From contig CBFDEM010000014.1 of assembly GCA_965603825.1 (NCBI GenBank), positions 620,001 through 684,000 on the forward strand: 64,000 nt of DNA, written 5' to 3'. Shown here piece after piece: positions 1 to 12,678 of this stretch (its first letter is position 1; every line of letters starts with the position of its first letter). This DNA comes from Blepharisma stoltei ATCC 30299. Lineage: Eukaryota; Protista; Ciliophora. The notes under the pieces are model-generated. The model searched no databases and had not been told where the DNA came from. It saw only the letters and a list, made by a program, of their open reading frames with translations. Position numbers and translations under genes: made by a program.

Positions 1-1151
1 AATGCTCTATTTTGCACAACAACACTGGAATCTTGTACAAGAATGAGCAGGGGATCTATTAAAGAATGGTAAAGGTCATATAAAGTATATTTTAAGCAGT
101 CTTTAGACAGCTGTTTCAAGGTATTCACAATTTGAAACTTCCCGCTATTATTTTTCATATCTTTAAAGCCAGAAAAAATATCATTTAGCCAGCCGTGCTT
201 TTTGAAGTAAGCCAGCTTTTCTTCGTTTAGACATAAAATCAATAGAGCGGCTTTTGCTGAGATAGAAGAAACCTCGTCTTTACTTGTAGAAATTTCTCTG
301 AGACATATTAAATCGGCTTTGGTGATTTCTTCTCTACCATTTTCGAAGTTACACATAATCTGGAAACACTGGGTGGCGGAGCATAGAATATCAGGACTTT
401 TACTTGTCAAAAAGAGTCTAATTTTATCGATGACGTCTTCTTCGATAAATCTAGTGCAAATGTTTTTTTCATCAATTATGATTGCAATGCAGGATAGTAC
501 AAGCCTGACCATGTTTTCAGTAGGTAATTTTTCACTAAGCATGATCCCTGATAAAGTCGCTACAATTCCTCTGGTTAAGAATTCTTTTTTGAATTTCGTA
601 GCCAAGTTTTTAATCCCTATCAGTACTTCTATCTTAGTTTGTGTATCTACAATAGTTGCCGCTAGCACTGCATTAAATGTATATAAAGGGTTCACAGCTT
701 CCAGTTTCTCCGAGTAGCTTTTATCTTCTGTGCATTTTACCATTATTCGTATAGGTGTTGATATAAATTCTTTAGTATTTGATAACGCCAGATGATTTAC
801 TACATGTATGATATCGTGAGAAAAAAGCATGTCAAATTTCCCTTTGTCGTCCATCATCAATTCATAAAAGATTTTTATGGATTCACTTTGTATTATGTTG
901 CCTTGCTCTTCACCAGGTATTTTTGTGTTTAAACAAGCAATTAGTGCGGGGATGCCTTTGACACCGCTGAGCTCTTGGATTGTGTTTTTGCGTTTTTCTG
1001 GGTTATTCATATCTCGAAGGACCCTGGTGAGGGATTGATGGATAAGTTTGGTCATAGAAAGCCCGGATTGAGATTCAGCTTTGTTGAGCATTATTTGCTG
1101 ACAAAGGGCTTCAACTGAGGATTTTTCAGGAGCACTTTTAGTTGTTCCCAT
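1..1151 (-). CDS. ARM/HEAT-like alpha-helical protein, probably N-myristoylated (3' end outside window)
   Basis: ATG at 1151; the stretches I translated by hand (5' part and last 120 bp) are open in one frame running off the window, so it is absent from the ORF track. Starts MGTTKS (MGxxxS) and has ARM-like motifs such as KGIPALIACL and RGIVATLSGIM. Confidence 0.7.
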   Translation of the reverse strand, partial: MGTTKSAPEKSSVEALCQQIMLNKAESQSGLSMTKLIHQSLTRVLRDMNNPEKRKNTIQELSGVKGIPALIACLNTKIPGEEQGNIIQSESIKIFYELMMDDKGKFDMLFSHDIIHVVNHLALSNTKEFISTPIRIMVKCTEDKSYSEKLEAVNPLYTFNAVLAATIVDTQTKIEVLIGIKNLATKFKKEFLTRGIVATLSGIMLSEKLPTENMVRLVLSCIAIIIDEKNICTRFIEEDVIDKIRLFLTSKSPDILCSATQCFQIMCNFENGREEITKADLICLREISTSKDEVSSISAKAALLILCLNEEKLAYFKKHGWLNDIFSGFKDMKNNSGKFQIVNTLKQLSKDCLKYTLYDLYHSLIDPLLILVQDSSVVVQNRA

Positions 1152-1669
1152 TATTAGCTAATATACGTTACTTTAAATAATTTTGGAAATTTATTTGGGA
1201 ATTTAAAAGCATTGATCAATTATTCCTAGTGTGAGAGATTTCGTATAGGATTTATACTCAAATTGGCAGTCGATCTAATGATAAGAATTAGACATAGTTT
1301 TCTTTGTGAAATATTATTGATTTTATTTATAATTTATATTTTAGCAGATTTTTCAATTGATTTTTAAGGATATATGATTTCTATATCCTGTTCTTTATTA
1401 AAAGCTAATGCCATTATTTTTGATGAAAATCCCGAATTTTCTTTGTTTATTACTTTTATGCCAGAGTTCTTTACAAGAAATTCCTCATAGTTATTCTAAC
1501 ATGCAATATTGTTTCTGGTTAATAATTTAGTTCAAATTTTGATTTTCTTTTAATTCAAAGATTTATTTAGTTATTGAAAATTGGAAAACCTTTGGAAATT
1601 TAGCTTATTCAAAAGAACTTAATTAATTTCAGCATTTTATTAATAAAACCTTCATAATAAATTTACCAT

Positions 1670-2506
1670 ATGAAAGGGAAGCTCAAAGACTCATACGATA
1701 ACCATTACGACATGGACATTGACGAAATGGAAAAGCCTCAATACTTAGAAAGCATTGATCAAGAGCTTGAAGAAGATCAACCACAGACAGGTGCAGTCCA
1801 AAATTACATTGACGAGCTTTGGGTATCCCAGCCACAATTAATAGAAGAATCCTTAGAAAAATTGGAAGCTGAAGATAATGAATACAGATCTAGGCTATCA
1901 CAAATTTCTGAAAAAGACAAAAGTCAAGCAGATCAGCTTCTCTTACAAAAACAATTATATGTGGAGCTGATTGATTTTTCATTAAAATTACACAGGATTT
2001 CATCATTTTCTAGCGTAAAAGGATACAGAAAAACTCTGAGGACGATTTTGAAGTCTCTGCTGAATTTTCAATATAAATTATCCTCACAAAAGATAAAGCC
2101 TAAAAAATTGTCAAGAATAGATGATAATTCAGAAATCATATGGGATTGGATGGCAGAATTAGCAAGAGAATGAAGCACAAGGGTGAACTTGAAAATCGGT
2201 GGAGACATCATAGATCAAACCCTAAAAGAGTCAGAAAAGCTTACAGAGTTTGACATCCAAGCATTTTTAGCAAGAGAAACTAGAACAAATGATGTCCCTG
2301 TACATAAGCAGACAGTGAAAAAGCCTCATCACCATTCCTCAAAGCATAGAAAGCTTAAATTTGATATTCATGAAAAACTTCAAAATTTCATGACCCCAAT
2401 CGCTACAAATTTCGAGCCAAGACACAACACCCTCATCAAAACCCTTTTTGGGCGCAGAGAAGAAGGCAAGACAGAAAAAGTTTATTTAGATGTCCCTTTA
2501 ATCTAA
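1670..2506 (+). CDS. AATF: AATF/Bfr2 (TRAUB-domain) SSU processome factor
   Basis: ORFs 1670-2173 and 2183-2506 are in one frame joined through TGA=Trp at 2171-2173. C-terminal HRKLKFDIHEKLQNFMTP matches the AATF/Bfr2 motif (RKxxYxVHEKLxNFMAP); acidic N-terminus. Confidence 0.8.
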
Positions 2507-2540
2507 TTTTCACACGTGCTAAATTTTCTAATAAAGAAAA

Positions 2541-3059
2541 ATGGGTATGATGCATAATGTCACGTCAAGGTTTAACTCATCATTTTTCTTTGGGGTTACT
2601 GTTATTGGCATTTTAGCTGCTATAAACTTTGCGACATCATTTGCAGTAGATCATAGTTTTTCTGCTTCAATTTCTAATGTTAACGTGACAAAATTCATAA
2701 AAAATTCAAGATATAACTGGGATGAAGCAGAATTGACCTTCAATTTGAATGGGAATTTTTCTGATATTTTTAATTGGAATGTAAAGCTAGCATTTTTTTA
2801 TGTGGAGCTGGAGTATAATGCTTTAGAAAGGAACCAAATCACATTGTGGGATAAAATCATATGGAGAAATCAGAATACACCGATTAACTTGAATATGATA
2901 AAGGAAAAAGGAAAATACGCTGTGAGGACGAAGAAACATAACTTGAAAGGCGCAACGGGAACTGTGAAATTGAAGATTGAAGTGACTCCAATAGTGGGGC
3001 TTATATACAAATTGGAAAGCACACCAGCTTTTGTGAGGTTCCCTAATGATTATTCTTAA
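2541..3059 (+). CDS. SPCS3: Signal peptidase complex subunit 3 (SPC22/23)
   Basis: MHxxxxRxN start, N-terminal TM segment, FNWNVK and NQITLWDKII motifs typical of SPC22/23. Confidence 0.9.
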   Translation: MGMMHNVTSRFNSSFFFGVTVIGILAAINFATSFAVDHSFSASISNVNVTKFIKNSRYNWDEAELTFNLNGNFSDIFNWNVKLAFFYVELEYNALERNQITLWDKIIWRNQNTPINLNMIKEKGKYAVRTKKHNLKGATGTVKLKIEVTPIVGLIYKLESTPAFVRFPNDYS

Positions 3060-3399
3060 TTTCCTATTTAGTAAACACATATTTTAAACTCGATAATTAC
3101 TATAAATAACGTTTAAGGACTAATCATTGTCAGGCTTGATAATAAGAAATAAATTAAAGTTATTTCTTTTGTAATTTTGCATCTTTATTTAAAAAAATTG
3201 AATTATAACTAAAGTGATGAATTTGGTGAAAAAATAGAAATAATATCTCTATTGATTTCACTTATATGTATCTTTAGAGAAAAATAAAAACATTCGAATT
3301 TTTTAAGTTAACATCTAATAAAGTAAATAAGCAATAGTAAATCTTATCTAAGCTTTTAATTTAAATCCATAATCATGACCTATCTGGGGCAAATATTAA

Positions 3400-5469
3400 A
3401 TGTGGAGAGCCTTGCTATTCCTATCAATAGGAGTTTTTGCAGTTTGTCCCAAGTACCAATGCCACACGGGCGGCTTCAATGTAGGTCCTACATGTGCATA
3501 CCCAACAGCAACCAACGACATTATGATGCAAATGTGTGATGCTTCATCCCAAAGCCGTGTTTGTCTGGTAACACCTCAAATCACCCACAATTTCACCTGT
3601 CAACCCTTCGATAACACCAGACCAATCCAACTAAACTACCCAGGTGAATTTTGCCATTCAAATTCCCAATGCCTTTCAGGATACTGCGCAAATAATGCTT
3701 GCCAAGGGCAGCCTTTAGGAGGAATGTGCGTTTCTCATGCTGATTGCAATGTAGGTTTATTCTGTAATCAAGCAGGCCACTGTATAAAGCAGCTAGGGAT
3801 TTCTAATTCTTGTAATTCTGATTGGGATTGCCAAAATAATTTAGCCTGCAATAGGACACTTTATAATCCTGGGCTATGTTTGCTTTATTATTCAATTGCT
3901 AATGGAGACGCAGTTGGAATGTGCGTAACTGAGCTATCAGAAGGAGTCTCTAATTTATGCATAAGCGGATCATGTGCCCAGCAGAAGCCTAATACAAATG
4001 GAGAAGGATTCTGCCAGCCAAGCATCAAAACTGTTGGGAAATTCCCATCAAAATGTGTAGGAGACACAGACTGTGTCGGACAAAATACTCAAAATACAAA
4101 ATATACAGGGACTTGTGCATGTGGTATGAATCCGACTGGAGAAAGCTACTGCAATTCTTGGTCAGGAGATGAGCCAAACCAAATAGTCCAAGAAATCTGG
4201 GTGCAGCATGTAAATTCAGTTGGGATAGCCAATTGTCATACAATGAGAAGATTTGCACCGACTTGTTTATACCATACAATGCCTCCAGCTCAAATAGTTA
4301 ATTATACCCAAAACGAAATGATGTCAGCTGACTTAGCAAGATACCAAAATAATGATGTCTGTACCCAAACAATTTTCAATAGAGATTACTATAGAGTTTC
4401 TCCTCAATCTTTTACCTGCAAGGCATATGGGTGTGATACTAAAAATCCATGGGCAACAGAAACTTGTCTGACTTATCAAGAAGGAAGTAATAAATTTGCA
4501 ATAAAAGAATGCGAAAATAAGCTTTATTGTAATACTCAAGAAACGTTAGGAAATGAATGGATGAATTCTACTTGTGGGCCAGCCCCAACAGTAGCTCCTG
4601 CATATCCAGGAATGCAGTGCAAGGCTAATAGTGATTGTTTATCTGGAAAATGTATAGGAGGAGCATGCAGAGGTGCTATTCAAAATGATCCATGTAATGA
4701 TGATTATGACTGTAACCCTGGGCTGTATTGCTATGCTCTTAATATGGTCTTTCGATGTGTTCCTCAAATACCAATTGGACAGCAAGGCTGTGCTACAGAT
4801 TATGACTGCGTCACAAATGCTGGGTGCAATGCTACAAAAGAGTACCCAATAGGTGAGTGTGTGGCTTATTTTTCAGTACAGCTAGGTACTGAAGTCCCAT
4901 GCCCGATATCTGGAACTAATTATTTGTGTGAGTCAGGAAGCTGTTATAACAATGGAAAAGATGATAGAGGAGTTTGTGTCCCTCCTCCAAAATCTGTCAA
5001 TTTTGGTGCAACATGCCAAACCAGTAACGACTGTATGGGAATCAATTCAAATAATCAAAGCTTTGTTGGGCAATGTCAGTGTGGGTATAATCCATGGGGC
5101 TATAAATATTGCAACGCTTTCGCTGGAGATCCTCCTGGAGCTCTGTTTGTAAAAAAAGTTTCCCCACTCTATAAACTTTCCCAAATAACAATGTGCCATA
5201 CTGCACTCAGGTTTAACACGAACTGTTTAGATATGGTAGCAAGTATGACTGGAGCGAACGCAAATATTTATTATTCAGCTTTGCTGAATTTTACAAACTT
5301 CCCAGCCTATATGGAAAATGATGAATGTGTAAGGACAGTGATCAATTCAGCGTTTTGGTCAAGGCTACCACCAGGACCTTCACCTCCTCCACCACCAAGT
5401 CCTGATAACGATGATAATAGCTCTGCACAAGTTCTTATTGTATTGAGCTCACTAGCTTTATTCATTTAA
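3400..5469 (+). CDS. Secreted/GPI-anchored Cys-rich surface protein with two internal ~320-aa halves
   Basis: Signal peptide, repeated CxxxxDC-x-xGLxC motifs, internal duplication (CPKYQC / CKAYGC; CHTMRRF / CHTALRF), Pro-rich stalk and hydrophobic C-terminus. Confidence 0.85.
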   Translation: MWRALLFLSIGVFAVCPKYQCHTGGFNVGPTCAYPTATNDIMMQMCDASSQSRVCLVTPQITHNFTCQPFDNTRPIQLNYPGEFCHSNSQCLSGYCANNACQGQPLGGMCVSHADCNVGLFCNQAGHCIKQLGISNSCNSDWDCQNNLACNRTLYNPGLCLLYYSIANGDAVGMCVTELSEGVSNLCISGSCAQQKPNTNGEGFCQPSIKTVGKFPSKCVGDTDCVGQNTQNTKYTGTCACGMNPTGESYCNSWSGDEPNQIVQEIWVQHVNSVGIANCHTMRRFAPTCLYHTMPPAQIVNYTQNEMMSADLARYQNNDVCTQTIFNRDYYRVSPQSFTCKAYGCDTKNPWATETCLTYQEGSNKFAIKECENKLYCNTQETLGNEWMNSTCGPAPTVAPAYPGMQCKANSDCLSGKCIGGACRGAIQNDPCNDDYDCNPGLYCYALNMVFRCVPQIPIGQQGCATDYDCVTNAGCNATKEYPIGECVAYFSVQLGTEVPCPISGTNYLCESGSCYNNGKDDRGVCVPPPKSVNFGATCQTSNDCMGINSNNQSFVGQCQCGYNPWGYKYCNAFAGDPPGALFVKKVSPLYKLSQITMCHTALRFNTNCLDMVASMTGANANIYYSALLNFTNFPAYMENDECVRTVINSAFWSRLPPGPSPPPPPSPDNDDNSSAQVLIVLSSLALFI

Positions 5470-6467
5470 GTTATTAACTTATAATTTTTTAAAGCTAACG
5501 CTCAAATATCTATATCATTATATAACTTAATAATTATATAAAAATCCAAACAAACTGTTGCATTTTTTGGGCAGAATAAAATATAACCATGAAGAAAAAA
5601 AGAGAGCAGCATAAATCTGTGATTGATAAAGCTGAGCTTTTTAATAAATAAAGTACAAGGTCTTATCCAATAATGAGAAATTTGCATCTCTTTATTCAAT
5701 ATTTTAAAAATTGTAATGCTATATGCTTAAGATTCTAAGGAGGACTTTGTAAAGCGAGCTAAAAAGTCAAGTTTCGCTTAGCGCAATAAGCTAGAATTTA
5801 TAATGAATAGTCAATATCAGCTAAAATAATCTAAAAATGCTAATGAAAAAATAACTGGTTTCTTTATCTTATATCAAACTAGGAATAGTCGTTTCATTGC
5901 CTTCGCGACTCGATGCTAGCTGTCTTTGTTCTCGAAGTTGTTCTGATAAAATCAAAATCTATAGCCATTGATATTTCTATGCTTTCGTTTTAATATTTGA
6001 TTTAACTACTTTAATTTTACAATTTACTTCAGCCATAAGGCTCAAAAACCTAATAAAAAACTAAACACTATTCGTAAAACAATAAAATCGAAAAGTTTTT
6101 TTTGCAGCATGAATGCCATTTATCTGGAGTTACATTTTGTAAGGAAGTAAAACAAACTTAAGAGGTAAAGCTGACTTGCTACAAAAAATATTTTGAATTA
6201 CTTATAATTAATGGATTATAAACGATGACAGTGAATAAAAGTTGTCAGACAAAATTAATTTAGAATTATAAAGTCTCATTCATATTTATTTGGGGATATT
6301 TTAAAGCTTATTTCGATATTGCTACTTATGGCGCTTTATTAAAAAGAGATTATCATAAGAAGTAAAAGCCTATAATCTTTATATTAAATTAAAAATCCAG
6401 AACTTTGCATGTCTTTATTCAATATTTTAAAAATTGTAATGTTTTTAGAAATAAATTCTATTAAGAA

Positions 6468-7810
6468 TTAAGATACTAAGAAATTGAATGAGAAGTCCGC
6501 ATAAATTGGAAGGTCGCTTTCGTTTACGTTGTCAGTCTTAATAACAGTCATAGACTTTGTTGAAGATGGATCAATTTGCCAATTCTTTATATCTATTGTA
6601 TTGCTGTTTTTATCTTGCACAATGAAACTGTCTTTGGTGAGATAATATTTAAGAGGAGCTCCAAATTCAACTATAATGTTTGGATAGATGAAGCCGACTG
6701 AGTCCTGTCTGCAAGATTCTGAACCTTGAACTACTAAACCAGCGCATGAATAGCACTCTCCATCATAACAATCCTGACAAGAACTCGTGCAAGCTACATA
6801 AATCTTACAGAAACAGCGTATATTAGAGTCGCTATCAGTTTTCAGGAAATAATCTGTATCACAAACACTACAAGCAGTGTTGGAATCACATGAACGCAGT
6901 TTTTAAAGCATTCTAAATTAAAATTACAGCATTCTGTGCTCAGAATTCGGTATGGTACTGTGCATCCTTGACAAACGCCAGTTGAATCGCAGCTAGTGCA
7001 TAAAGCTGGGCATTGGCAGGTTGAATCTATTGATAAGCACCCATATTTAGGATGGGATATATCTGAGCAAGGTGACGAGCCAATGCCTGTATTCATCGCG
7101 ACATAACTTCCTTCTTGGTCATCAAGTAAAGTGATTTTATAAGATCCAATATTTTGAGTTGATAATGCTCCTTTATGAACAATAATCTCATAAAAGTAGC
7201 CATTCATTTTATACCCCACATCTAATAGGTTAGGCCATACATATGCAGGATTTGTGCCTGTAGCTTCCTTATTATCATCTTGCGAGTAAATTTTTCACGT
7301 TATAGTCCCTGAAACGTCAACCCAATAAAATGTGAAGAACATTCATTCGCCTAAATAAAATTTACCTAATGTATCATAAATCACCATATCATTAAAACCA
7401 TTTCTAAGGCTCTGGTCATCAAAAAACGCAAGGAAGTTTCCTGATCCTGATTGAACAGAATAATCGTGACCAGCATTAGATGCATCACGATAAAATGAAA
7501 AAGGGTATGAATCAGCCTAACGGGTAATTTGATATAGCCAAGCGCTTACTGCTATTTCAGTTGTTGAACTGCCTGAAAAATCTCCCATGATATCTGGGGA
7601 AACTTTTGTTTGTCCACAAGTGGTAACTAAAGGAGAGCTATCAGATGTAGCTAGAGTTCGAGAACTCTCCAGAGAGTCATCAATTTCATAATTATTAATT
7701 GCATTTATTCAGTTGCTCGTCATTATCCAATGATAATAAGGAGTAAAAGCTTTTCCTGACGAGAGGCTAAAAAGTACAGCGAGGACAGTTGAGGCCTTTA
7801 TAATTACCAT
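6468..7810 (-). pseudogene. LamG-like/furin-like Cys-rich secreted protein, copy A (disabled)
   Basis: Close paralog of 9759-11105. GAG>TAG near 7518-7520, a 1-bp deletion near 6893 (GTTTCA>GTTCA) and a deletion near 6690. Retains three 15-nt introns (7351-7365, 6913-6927, 6794-6808). Confidence 0.8.
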
Positions 7811-9137
7811 TTATTTTATAAAGGTTAATATAATCAAGAAAAAAAAATTTAAGCTTATTCCTATTAATTAATTCAACCAATTTTAACAAAGACTCTATTT
7901 CCATTAAATATGTGGAAGTTTGGCACTTATAAAGGCTAGAATTCGAGCTTTTTGTATGAATTTTTAATAAGGCCGTGGGTTTAAGCTCTGGATAAGTGAT
8001 TTGCATAGCTTGATGAGGAAAATCAGAAATTTGGTGGAATTTTCGCTATCTGAATTATAAATTTCTAAAATTTCCTAGGTGTGAAGATAAACGATTTCAT
8101 GCCCAAAGCTAATAATGATTTTTCTAAGAATTAATCGAAAGGACATTTTTAGCAAATAGATTGGCCTTAATAATTTAAAGCTGTTCCATTTTATTTAATG
8201 GAAAAATATTAAGCATTTTAAAATTAGACTTAGAATAGTTATAATATGTTTTATCTGCTTTTAATATTAGTTTTTAAAATTTTAATATATTTATTCTTAA
8301 GGCTTAACTTTTTAATTGTAAGCAGGCTAATATACCATAAATTGCCTAAACTTCTAATGCTAGCTAACCTTTTATTTCTCAATTTTTTTCTCTTTGGCAT
8401 TTAATTCGAGTACTGCCTCTCTAAGATCTGTAATCTTTATATCTTCATCTTACGCCAGATTCAGTTTTATGGCTGAGAACTCTTTGCTTTTACCCTGCAA
8501 GCTGAGGCTTTATTTTTTCTTATGAAGCTCAAGCCTTGGCTGCTCTGTTATTATGCCCTAATTCAAGAAAGATTTAAGTCAAGCCCGACAAGACCTCTAA
8601 ATTTTCAAGTTTTTCCTGTTGAAAAGACTTTGAGAATGGGCGATCCGGCCATCTCCTTGAGCTAGCTAAAACGGAGACAATAATATTCCTGGCAAAAACT
8701 AAAACTGAAGCGAAAGGCAGAATGTGGTTCAAAAAGTCTGCTCCACAGTGCTTCCATTGTGGAATTTCTGAAAAAGAGTAACCTTCTTAAGGATTTAAAG
8801 CACGATTTAACCTTATTCTATCACTGTTTACTAGTTGATGATTTTTATTTCCTTTGCTTTTTGTACTTTTAACTAATATTAACTGTATACGTGGTGCAAC
8901 AGAAGCTTCTTTTGCCTATTAATATTGGAATTTCTTTATGAAAAAATGATTAGAAATAGTTGTGCATTTGCTTTCTGTGCATCTATGCTAGCTGTCTTTG
9001 CTATCGAAGCTATTATATTATCAAAATCTATAGTCATTGATATTTTTGTGCTTTCGTTTTTATCTTTAATTTAATTATTTGATTATACAATTTACTTCAG
9101 CCATAAGACTCCTAAATCTAATAAAGCGACTAAAATC

Positions 9138-9223
9138 TATAACATGACTTTTGAATTTTAATTAATTTATTATATAACCAGACAAATGCATGCTTTTTAA
9201 GTATTTCTTTATCTCATATTTAT
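9138..9223. mobile_element. 83-bp TAT-bounded IES-like insertion
   Basis: Absent from the paralogous segment at about 6060-6090. TAT direct repeats at 9138 and 9221; removal restores colinearity with the paralog. Confidence 0.55.
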
Positions 9224-9758
9224 CTTTAAACAATAAAATCGATTTATTTTTGCAGCATAAATACCCTTATTCAGGAGACAACACTTTATGTGGAAGTAAA
9301 ATGACTAAAGAGGTGAAGTTATGTGCTATTGGTTTTCTTATATTTAATGGATTATAAGCGATAGCAATAAATAAAAGTTGTCGGACAAGATTAATTTAAA
9401 ATTATGAAGTCTTGATCCCATTTATTTCGGGATATTTTCAAGCTTATTTCAACATTGTTACTTATAGTGCTTAATTAAAAAGAAGATATCATAAGGATTA
9501 AAAATATATATTATTTATTCCTTAATATCAAGATAATTAAAACAGTGCATAATACTCTAGAAGTTGATAGTTATTAAAATTTATTGTTTGATTTTAAACA
9601 ATAATTAATAAAAATTTTAGCATTTATTTTAGCTCTTTATATAACAATTTTATAATCATAAACTCTCTTTATTAATAATTCAGAATTTGCATCTCATTAT
9701 TTAATATTTTAAAACTATAAAGCTTTTAGAAATAAATTCTATTAAAATAAACTAAAAT

Positions 9759-11105
9759 CTAGGAATTGAATGAGAGGTTCACATAAAATGGAAGGCTGCT
9801 TTCGTTTATATTGTCAGTCTCAATAACAGCCCTAGAAAGTGTTGAAGATGGATCAATTTGCCAATTCGATGCATCTATTGTATTGCTATTTTTATCTTTT
9901 GCAGTGAGATTGTCTATGGTGAGAACATTTTGAAGAGGAACGGCAAAATCAACAATAATGTTTGGATAGCTAAAACTTATTTGGAAGCCCACTGATTCCT
10001 CTCTGCAAGATCCTGAATCTTGAACTATTAAATCAGCGCATAAATAGCATTCTCCACCATCACAATCCTGACAAGAAGTCGTGCAAGCTACATAAATCTT
10101 ACAGAAACAGCGAATATTATAGTCGTTATCAATTTTCCGAAAATAATTTGCATCACAATGATTACAAATATAGTTGGAATCACATGAAACGCAGTTTTCG
10201 AAGCATTCTAAATTAAAATTACGGCATTCCGTGCTCAGAGTTCTGTGTGTTTGTGTGCATCCTTGACAAACACCGGCTGAATCGCAGTTAGAGCAAAAAG
10301 CTGGGCATAGGCAGGCTGATGTTATTGGCAAGCACCCATATTTAGGATGGGATCTTTGCGTACAAGGTGGCGAGCCAGTGCCTCCTGCTATCGGAACATA
10401 GCTACCTCCTTGGTCATCAAGTAAAGTGATTACATAAGTTCCATATCTGGAAACTGATGATGCTCCACTATGAACAATAATCTCATAAAAGTAGCCATTC
10501 ATTTTATACCCCACATCTAATAGGTTAGGCCATACATATGCAGGATTTGTGCCTGTAGCTTCCTTATTATCATTTTGCGAGTAAATTTTTCACGTTATAG
10601 TCCCTGAAACGTCAACCCAATAAAATGTGAAGAACATCCATTCGCCTAAATAAAATTTACCTAATGCATCATAAATCACCATATCATTAAAACTATTTCT
10701 AACGCTCTGGTCATCAAAAAACGCAATGAAGATTCCTGATCCTGATTGAACAGAATAATCGTGACCAGCATTAGATGCATCACGATAAAATGAAAAAGGG
10801 TATGAATCAGCCTCACGGGTAATTTGATATAACCAAGCGCTTACTGCTATTTCAGTTGTTGAACTGCCTGAAAAATCTCCCATGATATCTGGGGAAACTT
10901 TTGTTTGCCCACAAGTGGTAACTAAAGAAGAACTGTCAGATGTAGCCAGTTTTCGAGTACTTCCTAGAGAGTCATCAATTTCATAGCTATTAATTGCATT
11001 TATTCATCTGCTCGTCATTATCCAATCATGAAAAGGAGTAAAAGCTTTTCCTGACGAGAGGCTAAAAAGTACAGCGAGGACAATTGAGGCCTTTATAATT
11101 ACCAT
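9759..11105 (-). CDS. Secreted LamG/ConA-like + furin-like Cys-rich + C-terminal beta domain protein, copy B
   Basis: Single frame from ATG 11105 to TAG 9759 when TGA=Trp. Signal peptide; LamG-like motifs (IAVSAWLY, EWMFFTFYW, GYFYEIIV); CxxC repeats; three 15-nt introns. Confidence 0.85.
10088..10102 (-). other. 15-nt spliceosomal intron
   Basis: GTAAGATTTATGTAG; identical in copies A, B and C; removal gives RCFSC. Confidence 0.8.
10208..10222 (-). other. 15-nt spliceosomal intron
   Basis: GTAATTTTAATTTAG; removal gives C-Q-C, restoring Cys spacing. Confidence 0.8.
10646..10660 (-). other. 15-nt spliceosomal intron
   Basis: GTAAATTTTATTTAG; same position in all three paralogs. Confidence 0.8.
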
Positions 11106-12429
11106 TTATTTTATAAAGGTTAATATAATTAGGGAAAAAATGTTCAAGCTTATTCCTATTAATTAGTTAAACCAATTTTTAAACAAAGACTTTATTTCCA
11201 TTCAAATATTTAAGCATTGGTACTTAAAAGGTCACAATTCAAGCTTTTTGCATAAATTTTTAATATTGTCTTAAGTTTAAGTTCTGGATAGAGCGATTTG
11301 CCTAGCTTAAATAGGAAAATCTTATCTGGATTAAAAATTTCTAAAATTGCCTGGGGTTGAAAAATAACATCTTCACGCCTAGACTAACAACGGGGAGAAT
11401 TGATTTTTCTTAGCAAATAATTTGGTCTTACTCCTCGAAGAGCTGTTCCATTTTATCGATATCAAGAAAATTTAGGCGTTTTAAAATCAGACTTAGAACT
11501 CTTTTATTAGAAATATGTATAATATTGTTTTTATTTGCTTTATTTAATATTGGATTCAAAATTTTAATTAATGAATATGAAGCAGCATCATGCATTTAAA
11601 CTCTGCTTAAATAAAGTAATTAGCTTCTTTGTTCTTAAGGCTATGAAAATGGTTAAGATGCCTTAAATAATCTAAATTTCTAATGAGCTAACCTTTATTA
11701 CACAATTTTTTCACTTTGACATTTAATTCTGTATAAGATCTGTAGCCTTTATATCTTCTTTAAATTTACTCTAGATTTTGTGCCAGATTCAGTTTTATGA
11801 GTGAGAGCTGAATTTACTTTGCATTTTTACCAGCTTTATTTTTCTTATTCTATTGATATCGCTTGTATTATCAGCTTTCCTAGATTCTAGGATATCAGCT
11901 ATATGATGGGCTGATTCGCAATAATCTATTATCCTGCCTAAGCAAACACAGAGTGACCTTTGGCAAAGAAACAAAATTCCATCTTCAGCAAGTATCCCTT
12001 AACACAAAGGCCTACTGGAAAGAGACTCAGGCGCCCGAATCTATCATAATGAGATGCATAAAATCTGCTCTATACTGAATGCATCAGCGTCATTATTTTA
12101 TTTTTCTATATTCTTAGGATTCTAGCTATTTGATATTACTTTTTAATTACAAAAGTTGAGTAATAACTAGAACTAAACTTTCAAAATCTGTTTAATTAAA
12201 TCCTGCATAAATTCTTATCTGGACCATATCGGTTTCTTTCAACTTTTAGCCCCTTTAAATTCTTTTGCTCAATCTATCGCTAATTTTTTAGAAATTAGTT
12301 TAGTGCCCAGAGCAATTTTATTAGCACTTGCTTGACATTTATTCATAACTAATAATTCCATTTTATCGAAATTGAAAAAAAATATGCGTTAAAGTTTTTA
12401 TTTTATGATTTCAGATGGAAGAAAAATAT

Positions 12430-12678
12430 TAAAATTGGTGTGATAAGTCGACCCAACCTCTTAGTTCATCAAGCAGACTATCACAAGGTTCCAGGAGCTA
12501 TGAAAAAGAGGTTTTTACCAGCGGTGAGCTGATCAGCTACCTAGCGAATCTTGATTTAGTTAATTTTTTTAACCCATTTGTTGTCAAGACCCATCTAATA
12601 TAATATAAGTAACAATTGTGCTCCTGATGGAATTCTAAAAGGTGCAGCAAGGACAAATGAGAACTTTATCATCACCAT
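12430..12678 (-). pseudogene. 5' remnant of the LamG/Cys-rich family
   Basis: ATG GTG ATG ATA AAG TTC TCA TTT GTC CTT GCT aligns with the copy C signal peptide (MVLIKLSIVLA), then degenerates. Confidence 0.6.

Noticed and set aside
319-717. Plus-strand 132-aa ORF and many other short antisense ORFs in the track
   Set aside because: They are shadows on the opposite strand of longer, motif-supported genes.
8520-8800. GC-richer spacer containing a CxxC fragment (PQCFHCG)
   Set aside because: Too short and broken to support a gene call.
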